From assembly GCA_017941235.1 (NCBI GenBank), contig JAGAWU010000024.1, forward strand, positions 615 to 64,614: 64,000 nucleotides of DNA, in the 5' to 3' direction. The translations under genes were made by a program, and so were the position numbers. The DNA is from Bacilli bacterium. GTDB lineage: Bacteria; Bacillota_I; Bacilli_A; RF39; UBA660. Below the pieces are notes generated by a model that ran no database searches, was not told where the DNA came from, and saw nothing but the letters and a program-made list of their open reading frames with translations. Positions 52,925-62,022 of the stretch are shown here, one piece after another (position 1 is the stretch's first letter; each line of letters begins with the position of its first letter).

Positions 52925-54370
52925 ATGAAAAAGTTAAATGAATTATATGATATAGATAGTGATGTATTGATTAAAAGAATTTGTATTAATTCTAAACAAA
53001 TAGAAAATGGTGATATTTTTGTTTGTACAATGGGTGTTAAAGCTGATCGTCATGATTTTATAGATGAGGCTATTGAAAGAGGTGCTTCTGCTGTAGTAGT
53101 TAGCCGTGATGTAGGAGAGAAAAGTGTACCAATTATTATGGTAGATGATACTAATAAGGAACTACCTAGATTATGTGCTAGATTTTATGATTATCCAGAT
53201 AAAAAACTTACTATGATAGGTATCACTGGTACAGATGGTAAAACAACAACAACTACAGTTATTCAAGCATTAATAGGTAAGAAGAATTGTGGTTATATTG
53301 GTACTAACGGTTATAGTTATAATGATTTTAAAGGAGATACTGAAAATACAACGCCAGATGCTCATAATCTATATAGATATTTTAATGAGTTTGTAGAAGG
53401 TGGTTGTAAATACTGTTCAATGGAAGCATCAAGCGAAGCTTATTTTAGAAAGAGACTTGAAGAAATAGAATATGATATTTCGGGTATTACAAATATTACT
53501 CGTGAACATTTAAATATACATGGTAGTTTTGAAAATTATATTGAATGTAAATGTGAGGTTTTTAGACATACTAAGAAAGATGGTTATTGCGTTTTAAACC
53601 ATGATGATGAACACTTTGAGATTTGCAAGGAAGCTTCAAATGGTAAAGTAGTTACTTATGGAAAAGGAGAAGATAATGATTTACAAATAGTAGATTATAA
53701 AGTTTATCCTACACATACTGATATAACATATAAATATGATGGGCAGGAATATAAAGTAAAAAGTCCTCTTCTAGCTGAGTTTAATGTGTATAATTTAGCT
53801 TGTGCACTTCTTACATGTTTATCACTTGGGTTTAAGTTTGAAGAATTAGTTAATAATTTTAAAGATATATATGTTGATGGTCGTCTTGAGATGTTAGATA
53901 CGAACACACCATACTATGTTATGGTAGATTATGCACACACACCTAATGGTATTAGTAATTTACTTAAGTTTGTTCATACTCTTGATATTAAGAGATCGAT
54001 TGTAGTTATTGGTTCTGCTGGTGAAAGAGATTATTTAAAGAGACCTATAATGGGTGAAACTGTTTTAAATAATGCTAGTTATGCTATATTTTGTTATGAG
54101 GATCCTAGGAGTGAAGATCCTAGGGATATAATTGATCAACTTATTTCTACTGCTAAAGAAACACATGATAATTATGAAATAGTTGTTGATAGACATGAGG
54201 CTATTCAAAGAGCTATTGATATAGCAAAAGATGGTGATATTGTTTTAGTACTAGGTAAGGGAAATGAAACATATCAAAAGTTAAAGACAGAGACTATATA
54301 TTTTAATGATGTAGAGGAAGCTTATAAAGCAGTTGAAAATAGAAAGAAAAGAGAAAAAATCAGTATTTAA
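52925..54370 (+). CDS. murE: UDP-MurNAc-dipeptide amino acid ligase MurE
   Basis: GITGTDGKTT, TTPD, MEASS, TNITREHL.IHG, DYAHTP, GERD..KRP.MG, EDPRSEDP, GKG.ETYQ. Confidence 0.95.
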   Translation: MKKLNELYDIDSDVLIKRICINSKQIENGDIFVCTMGVKADRHDFIDEAIERGASAVVVSRDVGEKSVPIIMVDDTNKELPRLCARFYDYPDKKLTMIGITGTDGKTTTTTVIQALIGKKNCGYIGTNGYSYNDFKGDTENTTPDAHNLYRYFNEFVEGGCKYCSMEASSEAYFRKRLEEIEYDISGITNITREHLNIHGSFENYIECKCEVFRHTKKDGYCVLNHDDEHFEICKEASNGKVVTYGKGEDNDLQIVDYKVYPTHTDITYKYDGQEYKVKSPLLAEFNVYNLACALLTCLSLGFKFEELVNNFKDIYVDGRLEMLDTNTPYYVMVDYAHTPNGISNLLKFVHTLDIKRSIVVIGSAGERDYLKRPIMGETVLNNASYAIFCYEDPRSEDPRDIIDQLISTAKETHDNYEIVVDRHEAIQRAIDIAKDGDIVLVLGKGNETYQKLKTETIYFNDVEEAYKAVENRKKREKISI

Positions 54371-54439
54371 TAAAAAAATAATATTTTACTTGAAAAATTA
54401 CTTTAAATATATTATTCTTTTATTAAGGTGTGTGGTAAT

Positions 54440-54523
54440 ATGTTTAAGATTTTGAAAAATATTTTAGGCCTAGATATTTCTTTCTTATTCATGTTATCAT
54501 TTATTTCTTTTATTCTTATTTAA
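54440..54523 (+). CDS. Candidate 27-aa leader peptide (MFKILKNILGLDISFLFMLSFISFILI)
   Basis: AAGGTG RBS; TTGAAA-17bp-TATTCT promoter at 54390-54418; T-rich 3' half; stop overlaps terminator stem. Confidence 0.5.
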   Translation: MFKILKNILGLDISFLFMLSFISFILI

Positions 54524-54554
54524 AGATATTTCGTTTGAAATGTCTTCTTTTTTT
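54523..54554 (+). terminator. Attenuator terminator upstream of uraA
   Basis: AAGATATTTC-GTTT-GAAATGTCTT plus T7, 30 bp before the uraA start. Confidence 0.7.
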
Positions 54555-54583
54555 GTAAAGAAACACCTGGAGAGGAGAATTTT

Positions 54584-56026
54584 ATGAATAAAAAAATGGA
54601 ATATGATACTAATGAAATGCCACCAATTGGTAAATCAATTATTTTAGCATTTCAACACTTATTTGCAATGTTTGGTGCAACTATACTTGTTCCTATACTT
54701 GTAAATCAAGCTGCAGGCTCAGAGGTCTTAACAATACCTGTAGCACTTGTAACTTCTGGAATTGGTACACTTATATATATATTGTGTACTAAAGGTCGTT
54801 CACCTGTGTATTTGGGTAGCTCCTTTGCGTTTATAACACCAATTGCAGCAGCTTATTTGAAGGGCGGAATAAGTGGTGCTATGACTGGGGTTATGGTAGT
54901 TGGACTTATTTATATAATAATTGCACTTATTATTAAATTTGTAGGAAAGGATTGGCTTGAAAAACTTTTACCACCAGTAGTTATAGGACCAATGATTATG
55001 ATTATTGGGCTTGGACTTGCTCCATCTGCTATAAGCCAGATTGGTCTTTCTTCTGGAACTGATTTAAATATTAAAGTATTAATAGTTGCTATGGTTTCTT
55101 TCTTAGTTACAGCAATTGTTATGACTAAAGCTAAAGGGTTCTTTAAAATAATACCATTTTTAGTAGGGATTATTTGTGGCTATATTGTAGCAGTTTGTCT
55201 TGGAATGATAGATTTTACACCAGTAAAAGAAGCAAGTTTCTTTAGTCTACCTAAGTTTAAAATATTATTTAAAGATTATAGTTTAAATTTTTCTGCATTA
55301 ATAACTATTGCACCAATTGCACTTGTTACATTATGTGAGCATATTGGTGATCATACATCGCTTGGAAATATAATAGGTAAAGATTTAATTAAAAATCCAG
55401 GTCTTGATAGAACACTTTTAGGTGATGGTATTGCAACTTTTGTTGCTGGTTTTCTTGGAGGACCTGCAAATACAACATATGGTGAAAATACTTCAGTTGT
55501 AGGAATGACTAAAGTTGCTAGCGTTAAAGTAATTGGACTTGCTGGTATATTTGCAATTATAATTGGATTTTTAGGTAAATTTACAGCACTTATTTCAACT
55601 ATACCTAGTGCAGTACTTGGAGGAGTATCACTTCTTCTATATGGATTTATTGCTGTAAATGGTTTAAAAGTATTGATAAAAAATAAAGTTGATTTTGAAA
55701 ATTCTAAAAATATAATAGTTGCAAGTAGTATGCTTGTACTTGGTTTAGGAGGAGCCGCAATTTCAATTACTAAGGGTGATTTATCACTTGTTATTTCTGG
55801 TATGAGTTTAGCTTCTATAGTAGGTATACTTTTAAATATATTTTTACCAAAAGAAAATGAAACAGAAGTTGCAACTTTAGTAGAGAAAGAGGTTAAAACA
55901 TCAAAAACTGATATGTTAAAATTAAAAAAAGATATTAAAGATGAATTAACTGTTGAACTAAAAGAAGATATTTTAGAAGCTATAAAAGATGAAATGAGTA
56001 CTTATAAAAAGAAGGGAAAAAAATAA
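54584..56026 (+). CDS. uraA: Uracil permease (NCS2 family)
   Basis: QHLFAMFGATILVP, YLGSSFAF, EHIGDH, GGPANTTYGEN; adjacent to upp. Confidence 0.93.
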   Translation: MNKKMEYDTNEMPPIGKSIILAFQHLFAMFGATILVPILVNQAAGSEVLTIPVALVTSGIGTLIYILCTKGRSPVYLGSSFAFITPIAAAYLKGGISGAMTGVMVVGLIYIIIALIIKFVGKDWLEKLLPPVVIGPMIMIIGLGLAPSAISQIGLSSGTDLNIKVLIVAMVSFLVTAIVMTKAKGFFKIIPFLVGIICGYIVAVCLGMIDFTPVKEASFFSLPKFKILFKDYSLNFSALITIAPIALVTLCEHIGDHTSLGNIIGKDLIKNPGLDRTLLGDGIATFVAGFLGGPANTTYGENTSVVGMTKVASVKVIGLAGIFAIIIGFLGKFTALISTIPSAVLGGVSLLLYGFIAVNGLKVLIKNKVDFENSKNIIVASSMLVLGLGGAAISITKGDLSLVISGMSLASIVGILLNIFLPKENETEVATLVEKEVKTSKTDMLKLKKDIKDELTVELKEDILEAIKDEMSTYKKKGKK

Positions 56027-56027
56027 A

Positions 56028-56657
56028 ATGGGTAATGTTAAAGAACTTAATCATCCACTTATTACACATAAACTTGCAATACTAAGAGATAAAAATACTG
56101 GTACAAAAGAGTTTAGAGAATTAATAGGTGAACTTGCAATGTTATTATGTTTTGAGGCTTTAAGTGATGTTAAACTTGAAGATGTAGAAATAGAAACACC
56201 TATAGAAAAATATAAAACTGGTAAGTTTGACGAAAGTAAATATGCATTTATACCAATACTTAGAGCAGGACTTGGTATGCTTGATGGAGTACTTTCTGTG
56301 GTACCTAATGCTAAAGTTGGACATATTGGTATGTATAGAGATGAAGAAACTTTTAAACCTGTAAATTACTTTTTTAAAGTTCCTAAAGATATAGAAAATA
56401 AAACTGTAATACTTTTAGATCCAATGCTTGCTACTGGAGGAAGTTGTAATGATGCTATAGATTTACTAAAAGAAAAAGGTGTTAAAAATATTAAATTTTT
56501 ATGTATAATAGCAGCTCCTGAGGGAATAGAAGAAGTAAATAAGAAAAACAGTGATATACCAATATATTGTGCACATATTGATAATCATTTAAATAAAAAT
56601 AAATATATTTGTCCTGGCCTTGGAGATGCAGGAGATAGAATATTTGGAACTAAATAA
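56028..56657 (+). CDS. upp: Uracil phosphoribosyltransferase
   Basis: HPLI.HKL..LRD, PILRAGLGM, DPMLATGGS, PGLGDAGDRIFGTK. Confidence 0.98.
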   Translation: MGNVKELNHPLITHKLAILRDKNTGTKEFRELIGELAMLLCFEALSDVKLEDVEIETPIEKYKTGKFDESKYAFIPILRAGLGMLDGVLSVVPNAKVGHIGMYRDEETFKPVNYFFKVPKDIENKTVILLDPMLATGGSCNDAIDLLKEKGVKNIKFLCIIAAPEGIEEVNKKNSDIPIYCAHIDNHLNKNKYICPGLGDAGDRIFGTK

Positions 56658-56725
56658 GAGATTTTTATCTCTTTTTTCTGTATAAAAAAACTTTTATAAG
56701 TTATAATTAATATAGTGGTGGTAGT

Positions 56726-57928
56726 ATGAAAAAAATAGTAATTATATTAGTTATATTTTTAATAATAGTTATTGGTTTTATATTTGGTTATAGAATTTAT
56801 AATAAATATAGGGTTGAGCATGCTAAAAAAATAGTTAAACTTAATGTAGATAAAGTCGATGTTTTCAAAGAGGTTACACTTGAAGATTTAATATATGAAA
56901 TTAATGGTAAACTTATTAAAAACAAAAAAATAGATACTACTACTATTGGTAAAAAGAAAGTTAGTTTTAACTATATAAATGATGATAATATTAAAGTTCC
57001 TTATACTATAGAGATTGAGGTTATTGATCGGAATCCGCCTTTAATTAAGAAATTTTCTAGTTATAGTACTACAGTAGGTAATGATAAATTTTATGATAAG
57101 TTTTTTTGTGGCGATAATTATGATGATAAACCAAAATGCAGTATAGAGGGAGAGTATGATATTAATACTCCTGGATTATATGATGTTACTTTTAAAGGGG
57201 AGGATTCTTCAGGCAATATTTCAGAAAATAGATTTACTTTAATAGTTAAAGAGCCACCTAAGAATAGTTCATCTAAGTCTGATAAAAAGGAAGAAGTTAT
57301 TATTACTGATTTTGATGAAGTTTTAAAAAAATATAAAAAAAATAATAATAAGATAGGAATAGATGTTTCACATTTTCAAGGTGATATTGATTTTGAAAAA
57401 GTTAAGAATTCAGGTGTAGAGTTTGTTTATATTAGAGTAGGAAGAGGTGGTGGAGTTGGAAAGAAGCCTGTTCTTGATGATAAGTTTAAACAAAATATAG
57501 AGGGGTTTAATAAAGTTAAAATACCAGTTGGGATATATTTTTATTCATATGCTGTTAATGAAAAAGAAGCTGTAAAGGATGCTAAATGGGTTATAAAACA
57601 AATAAAGGATTATAAAGTAGATTTAGAAGTTGCTTATGATTTTGAAGATTGGATAGACTTCTCTGAATATAATTTAAGTTTTTATCATTTGTCTCAAACT
57701 GCAGAAGCATTTAATAATAAAATAAAAGAAGCAGGCTATACTGGTATGCTTTATAGTTCTAAATATTATTTAGAAAACATTTGGTTTAAAACAAAACATC
57801 CAATATGGCTTGCTCATTATACTGATAATACTGATTATGATGGGGATTATAAAGTTTGGCAGTTATGTGAGAATGGTAAAGTAGATGGTATTAAAGATAA
57901 TATGGTTGATATAGACATTATGTATTAA
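56726..57928 (+). CDS. Membrane-anchored GH25 muramidase with Ig-like domains
   Basis: N-terminal TM; GIDVSHFQG.IDF.KVK.SG, G.YFYSYA, YDFE, WLAHY, WQ....G.VDGI..VD.D. Confidence 0.88.
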   Translation: MKKIVIILVIFLIIVIGFIFGYRIYNKYRVEHAKKIVKLNVDKVDVFKEVTLEDLIYEINGKLIKNKKIDTTTIGKKKVSFNYINDDNIKVPYTIEIEVIDRNPPLIKKFSSYSTTVGNDKFYDKFFCGDNYDDKPKCSIEGEYDINTPGLYDVTFKGEDSSGNISENRFTLIVKEPPKNSSSKSDKKEEVIITDFDEVLKKYKKNNNKIGIDVSHFQGDIDFEKVKNSGVEFVYIRVGRGGGVGKKPVLDDKFKQNIEGFNKVKIPVGIYFYSYAVNEKEAVKDAKWVIKQIKDYKVDLEVAYDFEDWIDFSEYNLSFYHLSQTAEAFNNKIKEAGYTGMLYSSKYYLENIWFKTKHPIWLAHYTDNTDYDGDYKVWQLCENGKVDGIKDNMVDIDIMY

Positions 57929-57931
57929 TAA

Positions 57932-58612
57932 TTATATATATTTTAATACTTCTATTATAATATGATTACTTTTAGTAGTTTTTAATACTTTGTTAAATTT
58001 AAATTTTCCTATTTTTTTAATACTAAAAGTATCGTTATCTTTTAACTTATATGAATCATTTTTTAAGAAGTCATAATTAAGTATGATTTCTTTTTTCTTT
58101 ATCATAGTTTCAATATTTTTTCTTGAAGTATGACATATACTTGATATTACAGTATCAATTCTAGTACTTGATACAATTAGTTCAATTTTTTCATAGTTAC
58201 GCTTATAATCTTTTAAATAATCTAAATCATGTTCTATTAGCTTTATGTGTGCATTTTTTACCATAGTAAAATTAGTTTCAAAATATGGCTTAATCATATC
58301 AAGAATATAAACATAGTAATGATTATTAATTATTAAAATATCTCCAAAATAACCACTACTAATATTAAGTGAATAAAGACTTCCCAAAATATCTTGATGA
58401 CGTACTGGAATAGTTATTTTAATTTCATATAAGACTACTTTAGGTATTTCTTTTTTATAAACAATATTTTTTTCACTATCTTTATATGGATAGTATATGT
58501 TATATTCATTTTTCTTTAATTTAGAAGTTAAATGTTTTAATTCTTTTGGATCTAAAAAGAAAGTATGATTACCATTTTTTAATCTTGTTAAATTGTTTTC
58601 TATAAAGTACAT
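57932..58612 (-). CDS. ylmH: YlmH/Sll1252 S4-domain RNA-binding protein
   Basis: HQDILGSL.SL.I....GDI, VSS.R.D.VIS, D.FSI..IGKF. Confidence 0.85.
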   Translation of the reverse strand: MYFIENNLTRLKNGNHTFFLDPKELKHLTSKLKKNEYNIYYPYKDSEKNIVYKKEIPKVVLYEIKITIPVRHQDILGSLYSLNISSGYFGDILIINNHYYVYILDMIKPYFETNFTMVKNAHIKLIEHDLDYLKDYKRNYEKIELIVSSTRIDTVISSICHTSRKNIETMIKKKEIILNYDFLKNDSYKLKDNDTFSIKKIGKFKFNKVLKTTKSNHIIIEVLKYI

Positions 58613-58721
58613 AATTATCCCTCTTTTAGGTTATTATATCATTATTTACAGATATTATTAGTTTAATTTTATTAAAATACTTGTCATAAATAGAAAATTG
58701 GTTTAATATAAATATATATAT

Positions 58722-58796
58722 TGCCCCTTAGCCAAGTGGTAAGGCAGTGCGCTCTGACCGCATTATGCGCTAGTTCGAATCTAGCAGGGGCAGCCA
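58722..58796 (+). tRNA. tRNA-Gln (anticodon CTG)
   Basis: TGCCCCT/AGGGGCA acceptor, GTGCG-CTCTGAC-CGCAT anticodon arm, GTTCGAATC, encoded CCA. Confidence 0.96.
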
Positions 58797-59202
58797 CTAA
58801 TAAATGGTAAAAGTTCTGAAAGTCAATCTAGATTTGATTTACAGAACTTTTTATTTTTGCTAGTATTTTCAATGCTTTAATGCATATCATAATTGCGTAA
58901 ATATCCCTATTTTAATATACTTTGAAGATTTTTATAATTTGTTATAATTTGTCAATATTTGTTATAATTCTCCTACGAAATCTCCCACCAAAGGGTATAC
59001 TTTTTATTAATAATAAAACATAGTTTTTGGAATTGAAATTTTATAACAGTTATGTAATATATAAAAAATATATAGTAATTTATTTTTATGTGCGAAATAT
59101 AAGTAATATTGTTAACAAAAAGTAAATAAAAAATTTGATAAAAAAATGATAGAAGATTATATAGAATGGTTTTGCAATCAATATAGTAAGGAGTAATGGA
59201 AA

Positions 59203-59673
59203 ATGGAAAAGAAAAAAGTAATTAACTGGTTATGTTTAAGTGGAGTTTTAAGTATAATATTTTACTTATTACACGATATAGTAGGAGCAATGAATTATCC
59301 AGGTTATAACTTGATGAGTCAAGCAGTTAGCGATTTAACTGCAACAGATAGCCTTTCATTTATTGTTGCAAGTGGATTTGTAACGGTATATAAAATACTA
59401 AGTTGTTTATGTTCTGCTTTACTTTGTATTTTAATAAAAAATGAAAAGAAAAGATCTTTAAAATTAAGTGTATATCTATTTTCAATAATGAATTTTATAT
59501 CAGCAATTGGATATGCTTTATTTCCATTATCAAGTAGTGGATTTGATGGTATAATACATGTTTATGTTTTAACTGCAGTTGTCGTATTATTATCAATTAT
59601 ATCTTTAATAATAATTGCAGTGGGATCTTTAAAAGGAGAAAATAAACATAAACTATTAGGGAACTTGCAATAA
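59203..59673 (+). pseudogene. DUF998-like membrane protein, probably frameshifted/truncated at the 3' end
   Basis: YPGYN.MSQAVSDLTA motif; hydrophobic continuation LAIISL lies in another frame just past the ORF end and then meets the next promoter. Confidence 0.55.
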
Positions 59674-59688
59674 TATCTTTAAATAAAA

Positions 59689-59755
59689 TGTAAAAAGTTC
59701 TTGACACTTTATAAATGATATAGTATTATACAAATGTAAAAAGTATTTTACATTT
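59689..59755 (+). promoter_or_regulatory. sigma-A promoter with two TGTAAA-N6-TTKACA operator palindromes
   Basis: TTGACA-17bp-TATTAT; TGTAAAAAGTTCTTGACA (59689) and AAATGTAAAA-AGTA-TTTTACATTT (59732); likely bound by the HTH protein at 60743. Confidence 0.7.
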
Positions 59756-59767
59756 AGGAGGGATAAA

Positions 59768-60439
59768 ATGATTGAGAAAAAAAGTAAATTTAGCTTAAAA
59801 TGTTTATTGTTTATTATTGTATATTCAATGATATTAATAGTACCACATATTGATGGAATTAAACATACAAATATTTCTTTAGGTATTATTATTTCATTAT
59901 ATACATTATTAGGTATTTTAAGTTTTATAGTATTTAAAGATTTATATAAAGAAGGGCTTGAAGAATGGAAAAAATCTGTTATTAAAACTATGATTATAAT
60001 TCTTGTTATGTATATATTAAAAATTATATTAACCATCATTGCAAGTATTCCATTAGGAATATTTTTCCCTGAATATGAGTCTATTAATTCCAACAATATA
60101 GCTGAAGTTATCAAAATACTTCCAGCGCCTATAATATTAATTGTATTGGGAGTGCTTGGACCTATTGTTGAAGAAATGATATTTAGAGGAATATTAGTAG
60201 GTAAATTAAAAAAATATATACCAAGTACAATATGCGTTATAGTATCTTCGATACTCTTTATGTTTTTACATATACATGTTTTATCAATTCAAGAATTTTT
60301 ATATTGTTTGCCTTATCTTGTTGCGGGATTGTTATATTCAATTTTATATTTAAAAACTAAAAATATAACACTGTCAATGATATTGCATATAATAAATAAT
60401 TTTTTTCCATTATTATTAATGATTATTTCTATTAAGTAG
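59768..60439 (+). CDS. CPBP (CAAX / Abi) intramembrane metalloprotease
   Basis: GPIVEEMIFRG, F...H, H...N motifs, multiple TM helices. Confidence 0.9.
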   Translation: MIEKKSKFSLKCLLFIIVYSMILIVPHIDGIKHTNISLGIIISLYTLLGILSFIVFKDLYKEGLEEWKKSVIKTMIIILVMYILKIILTIIASIPLGIFFPEYESINSNNIAEVIKILPAPIILIVLGVLGPIVEEMIFRGILVGKLKKYIPSTICVIVSSILFMFLHIHVLSIQEFLYCLPYLVAGLLYSILYLKTKNITLSMILHIINNFFPLLLMIISIK

Positions 60440-60453
60440 TTAGGAGGTAGTTT

Positions 60454-60738
60454 ATGTTTAAGAAAGATGAAATGGAAAGAGAAATAGATAGTAAAAGCGT
60501 TACAATATCTTATTGTTTTGTAGAAATTATTTTATTGCTAAGTGTTATTGTAAGTATAGTATTAAAGAAAAATGCTATAGTTCCATTGTATATTTTAATA
60601 ACACAAATATTAGTAAAGTATATTTCAAAATTAATTATCAAGAAAAAATATGATGATGATAGATGGGGAAAATTGCTAATTGGACTATTAATAGTAGTAT
60701 TAATAATTATTTTCTTTTTAACAATTTCTGTAGGGTAA
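60454..60738 (+). CDS. Small membrane protein
   Basis: GGAGG RBS; N-terminal DEME motif, three hydrophobic segments. Confidence 0.7.
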   Translation: MFKKDEMEREIDSKSVTISYCFVEIILLLSVIVSIVLKKNAIVPLYILITQILVKYISKLIIKKKYDDDRWGKLLIGLLIVVLIIIFFLTISVG

Positions 60739-60742
60739 AGTT

Positions 60743-60934
60743 ATGAAAAATAGAATAAGAGAATTTAGAAAAATTAAAAATATAACTCAAGACGAGTTAG
60801 CAAGAGAAATTGGCGTTACTAGGCAAACGATAAATGCTATTGAAAATGAAAAATATAGTCCAACATTATTATTAGCTATTAAACTAGCTAAATATTTAGG
60901 AGTTCCTGTTGAAGAATTATTTTTTGATTTGTAA
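60743..60934 (+). CDS. XRE/Cro-family HTH transcriptional regulator
   Basis: NRIRE.R....TQ.ELA..IGVTRQTINAIE..KY.P.L.LA. Confidence 0.93.
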   Translation: MKNRIREFRKIKNITQDELAREIGVTRQTINAIENEKYSPTLLLAIKLAKYLGVPVEELFFDL

Positions 60935-61166
60935 TAAGCATTTATATAGATGCTCAAAATATTTTTGTATTCCGTACAAGATTTATTAAAAATTTTTAAA
61001 AATACTTGATTTATATATTAAGTTATGTTAAATTATAGCCATAGAATCAAACATAAAATATTATTATAAATACAAGCTCATATTTTTCGCACACGGATGT
61101 GTTAAACGAGCCAATTTTGTTTATTAATTTGCAAAAGTTTGTAAATTATGTTAATATATAATCGTT

Positions 61167-61380
61167 AAATCGATGAAAAAGAAGTAGTAATAAGAATTCT
61201 TACTTAAGAGAGATTATGGTTGGTGTGAATAATCAGTAAAGAACTTATGAATTCGTCTTTTGAGTCTTGTAGCAAAACTACAAGCGTTAATCACGTTAAG
61301 ATTTTAAGTGTATAGTAATAACTATAAATTAAGGTGGTACCACGATAATTGTCGCCCTTAAATTTATAGTTATTTTTTTT
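61167..61380 (+). promoter_or_regulatory. T-box riboswitch, Phe specifier (UUC)
   Basis: AGTA, AGAGA, GGTGTGAA, GAA-TTC specifier at 61252-61254, AAGGTGGTACCACG T-box at 61331-61344; pheS-pheT downstream. Confidence 0.92.
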
Positions 61381-61391
61381 GAGGTGAGGTT

Positions 61392-62021
61392 ATGAAAAAG
61401 GTTGTTTTTGATTTAGATGGTACATTACTTTTTAATAGTTATGAGGATGAAAAAAAGTATTTTGAAAATTGTCTTCCTAAAGAAGTTTATTTAGATTTAA
61501 AAGAAAATATTGGGAACTATTTAAATACTTATGAAAGTCATAATATTAGATATGATGAAGGAGATTTAAAACGATTTTTATCTAGTGTGACTGGTTTTAA
61601 TTTTACAGATGAATTCATTAAAGGATGGTTAGAGGTAGGTTCTTATACAAATGATACATTTGATATGGAACTTATTGAAACTTTAGAGAATTTAAAAAGA
61701 AGAGATGTAAGATTAGAGGCTCTTACTAACTGGTTTAGAAAACCACAAGAAGATAGACTTAAGAATTCTGATATATTTGAATATTTTGATGAAATACATA
61801 CTGGAGAAGAATTTTTAAAACCACATAAAGAAGCGTATATAAATGCTATAGGTGATTTTAGAAAAGTGGATTGTTTATTTGTTGGTGATCATTTAGAAAA
61901 AGATTATATTGGACCTAAAACTATTGGTGTTAGTTCAGTTTTGTATGATAGAGATAATGTTTATCATGATTCAATTATTAAAATTAAAAAAATGGGTGAA
62001 TTAAAAAGGAGAGTAAGATAA
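61392..62021 (+). CDS. HAD-superfamily hydrolase (YjjG-like)
   Basis: VFDLDGTL, LTN, KP...Y, FVGDHLEKDY.GP. Confidence 0.9.
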   Translation: MKKVVFDLDGTLLFNSYEDEKKYFENCLPKEVYLDLKENIGNYLNTYESHNIRYDEGDLKRFLSSVTGFNFTDEFIKGWLEVGSYTNDTFDMELIETLENLKRRDVRLEALTNWFRKPQEDRLKNSDIFEYFDEIHTGEEFLKPHKEAYINAIGDFRKVDCLFVGDHLEKDYIGPKTIGVSSVLYDRDNVYHDSIIKIKKMGELKRRVR

Positions 62022-62022
62022 T

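Noticed and set aside
54420-54560. PyrR-binding attenuator
   Set aside because: Conserved PyrR loop sequence not found; leader-peptide model reported instead.
59656-60114. 152-aa minus-strand ORF and the other short overlapping ORFs in the track
   Set aside because: They lie antisense or out of frame within well-supported genes and have the composition of AT-rich shadow frames.
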